Source: Bacteroidia bacterium
Lineage (GTDB): Bacteria > Bacteroidota > Bacteroidia > AKYH767-A > OLB10
NCBI GenBank assembly: GCA_038320345.1
Contig: JBBQED010000015.1
Coordinates: forward strand, 6,447-70,446
Direction of reading: 5' to 3'
DNA length: 64,000 bases
Made by a program: the position numbers and the translations under genes. Of the stretch, positions 61,794 through 64,000 are shown one piece after another (position 1 is the first letter of the stretch; every line of letters begins with the position of its first letter). Under the pieces are notes generated by a model. It was given only the letters and a program-made list of their open reading frames with translations, was not told the DNA's origin and did no database searches.

Positions 61794-64000
61794 ATGTTTA
61801 GCTCACCATTGCTGATTTTTTTACTTGTTGCCTGTCTGCTCTTGCTGACAGGTCTCCTGTATTTATGGCAAAAAGTGAGCAAAGCAAATCAGGAACAAAA
61901 TCGTGATCAGGCTTTCACTACCTTATTTGAGCAACAGCCAGAAGCATGGATGATCATCGATGGTATTAGTCTGGAAGCAATAAAAGCGAATCAGAAAGCC
62001 TTGAATATGTTCGGGGTTTATAGAAAAAGTTTTTTGCAAAGATTGCAGTTTAGTGGATTGTTCAGAGAAGAATTGGAGCGGGAGGAAGTGAGTCTATTGT
62101 TGAATGCCGTTGATAATAACACCTTCACCAATAAATTTTTGGAATGCCGGAGTTTGCAGGGTAGAATCTTTACCGTAAGTGTGAGTATTAGTAGAGTTTA
62201 TGAAGGGAATCTCTTTTGTCGTTTTTCAGATCCTATGGAACATGCTGTTCCTGTTCTTCACTCAGAAGCGATGCCTCAGGCTTTATCCTCTGCGGAACCT
62301 GAAAAAATTAATATATCATCATCAACAACTACCGCTGCCTCACAAGTTAGTAACCAAACTACTGATGAAAATTTAGATACACCTACGGCAGCCAGTGAAT
62401 TAGGTGCATCTTTTAGTACAGGATTAATTCCGCTGGTGGCAGATGCAATTGCAGTGGTAGCTGGTGATCAGCATTTCATTGAAGTGAATGAAGCCTTTGC
62501 GGTTCTTACTGGTTATTCTGCTTCAGAACTAAGAGAAATCGGATTTGATACCCTCGTACATCCTACCCAGTCTCTAATGCATGAGAAATGGTTCTTCCCG
62601 CTCGCCGAAGGCAAATACAGAATATCGCGAACAGAAAGAAAAATTTTGCGCAAAGATCGTCAACCTGTAGTGTTAGAATTGTTAGCTGCGAGTATTCCCA
62701 ATCGCCAAGCAGTAGTGATTACTGCCGTAGATAACAGTAAAGCGGAAGAAGAAAAACAACAGTTGCTGCAAACTAGGAATAACCTAATTTCTCTAATTCA
62801 AAATACGGATGAAGCAATCTTTTCGGTTGATGCACTCGACCGAATTACCGTCATTAATAAACCCTTTCAAGATCTAGTTTCAGATAGACTTAATCGTGAG
62901 TTGCTAGTGGGTGAGGAATATGGAATGACGCTAGACACGGATGCCCGTTTAGACTGGAAAAAACGGTTGAATAAAGTTTTGCAAGGTAATACCGTAACTT
63001 ATAGAGAACTGGTAGTAGACAAAAAGGGTGAACGAAAAGTGTATGAAGTGCTGGTGTATCCTGTTCGTAATGAAGAACAACTTATTACAGGAGCAAGTTT
63101 GTATGCACGAAATATCAGCGATCGCATTCGTCAGGAAGAAGAACTTAGAAAATCTAAGGAGGATGCAGAAAATGCTACCCGCGCCAAATCAGAATTTCTT
63201 GCAGTGATGAGTCATGAAATTCGCACTCCGTTAAATGGTTTGCTTGGCATTTCTGATCTGATGAATACAACAACGCTCGATCCTCAGCAAAAAGAATACC
63301 TCGATATTATCCGATTAAGTGGGGAGTCATTGTTGCAGGTGATTAGTGATATCCTTGATTTTTCAAAGATTGAAGCAAATAAAATGCAACTGGAAGATGC
63401 ACCTTTTGAATTGTTAGCACCGGTTCGTGAAACACTGGCAATTTTGTCTGGTAAGGCTCTTGAAAAAGGTCTAACTCTAGAGTCGTTTCAGGAGGAAAAT
63501 GTTCCCGAAGCTATTTTGGGTGATAAAGCTCGAATTCGTCAGGTGCTCATGAATCTTGTGGGCAATGCACTCAAATTTACTGAGCAAGGTGGTGTGGTAA
63601 TTAAAATTCGTAAAGTAAATGATGAAGAGGGAGAGATTTTCCTTGAGTTTGCAGTGAAAGATTCTGGTCCGGGAATTAAACCCGAACAAGCTGATAAATT
63701 ATTTACTGCATTTAGTCAGGCGGATACTTCCACTTACCGAAAATATGGTGGCACTGGACTAGGACTTACAATTTGTAAAACACTGGTAAGTTTAATGGGT
63801 GGACGAATTTGGGTAGATAGCAAAATTGGTGTTGGAAGTACATTCTTTTTTACCATCCGCACCCGCCCAGCAGATGTAAATACAGTGAATGATGATTCTC
63901 CTGCTACTCGTAAACCTTTGTTTGAAAAAAATCCTCCTCCACATATTCAACTTGCGGCTGATTATCCTGCCCGAATTTTGTTAGTGGAGGACAATGATAT
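61794..64000 (+). CDS. Multi-PAS hybrid sensor histidine kinase, truncated at the window end
   Basis: The ORF opens at ATG 61794 (MFSSPLLIFLLVACLLLLTGLLYLW, a TM helix). It contains PAS-like segments, the H-box SHEIRTPLNG, the HATPase_c G-boxes DSGPGI/GGTGLGL, and a receiver domain beginning ILLVEDND at the window edge. It is absent from the ORF track because there is no stop codon. Confidence 0.8.
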   Translation, partial: MFSSPLLIFLLVACLLLLTGLLYLWQKVSKANQEQNRDQAFTTLFEQQPEAWMIIDGISLEAIKANQKALNMFGVYRKSFLQRLQFSGLFREELEREEVSLLLNAVDNNTFTNKFLECRSLQGRIFTVSVSISRVYEGNLFCRFSDPMEHAVPVLHSEAMPQALSSAEPEKINISSSTTTAASQVSNQTTDENLDTPTAASELGASFSTGLIPLVADAIAVVAGDQHFIEVNEAFAVLTGYSASELREIGFDTLVHPTQSLMHEKWFFPLAEGKYRISRTERKILRKDRQPVVLELLAASIPNRQAVVITAVDNSKAEEEKQQLLQTRNNLISLIQNTDEAIFSVDALDRITVINKPFQDLVSDRLNRELLVGEEYGMTLDTDARLDWKKRLNKVLQGNTVTYRELVVDKKGERKVYEVLVYPVRNEEQLITGASLYARNISDRIRQEEELRKSKEDAENATRAKSEFLAVMSHEIRTPLNGLLGISDLMNTTTLDPQQKEYLDIIRLSGESLLQVISDILDFSKIEANKMQLEDAPFELLAPVRETLAILSGKALEKGLTLESFQEENVPEAILGDKARIRQVLMNLVGNALKFTEQGGVVIKIRKVNDEEGEIFLEFAVKDSGPGIKPEQADKLFTAFSQADTSTYRKYGGTGLGLTICKTLVSLMGGRIWVDSKIGVGSTFFFTIRTRPADVNTVNDDSPATRKPLFEKNPPPHIQLAADYPARILLVEDND

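Overview
The window looks like a Bacteroidota chromosome segment, probably Sphingobacteriia or Chitinophagia. Supporting signs are low GC, a type-III glutamine synthetase, a TonB-dependent receptor with a CarbopepD_reg N-terminus, several T9SS C-terminal sorting domains and Bacteroidetes-style promoters. I found no tRNA or rRNA genes, no CRISPR array and no transposase, integrase or phage genes. Most of the window is dense core metabolism. This includes NAD-type isocitrate dehydrogenase, Kup, GlnN, AcnA, PurB, FabD, FolE/QueD, GdhA, Psd, an FadB/thiolase/acyl-CoA dehydrogenase beta-oxidation set, MsrB and Sua5. There are also two peptidases (an S9 and an M3) and several sensor kinases. Five features stand out as non-routine. 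(1) A translationally coupled four-gene operon encodes a CPFC-motif protein, an ABC exporter whose ATPase motifs look degenerate, a HlyD homologue and a TolC homologue. (2) Two mosaic fragments carrying a T9SS C-terminal domain share conserved 5' and 3' modules and flank acnA as direct repeats. (3) Two copies of a roughly 90-nt structured element sit in inverted orientation around the second fragment. (4) An 849-aa T9SS-secreted protein contains an unmistakable PNGase F (N-glycanase) domain fused to a LamG domain. (5) A glycan-handling cluster encodes a Wzx-like flippase, a GT1 enzyme and a GT-C/PMT-like membrane glycosyltransferase. Separately, a DUF2723 (TMEM260-like GT-C) gene is coupled to an HExxH aminopeptidase gene. 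I could not confirm a defence or toxin system from sequence alone.
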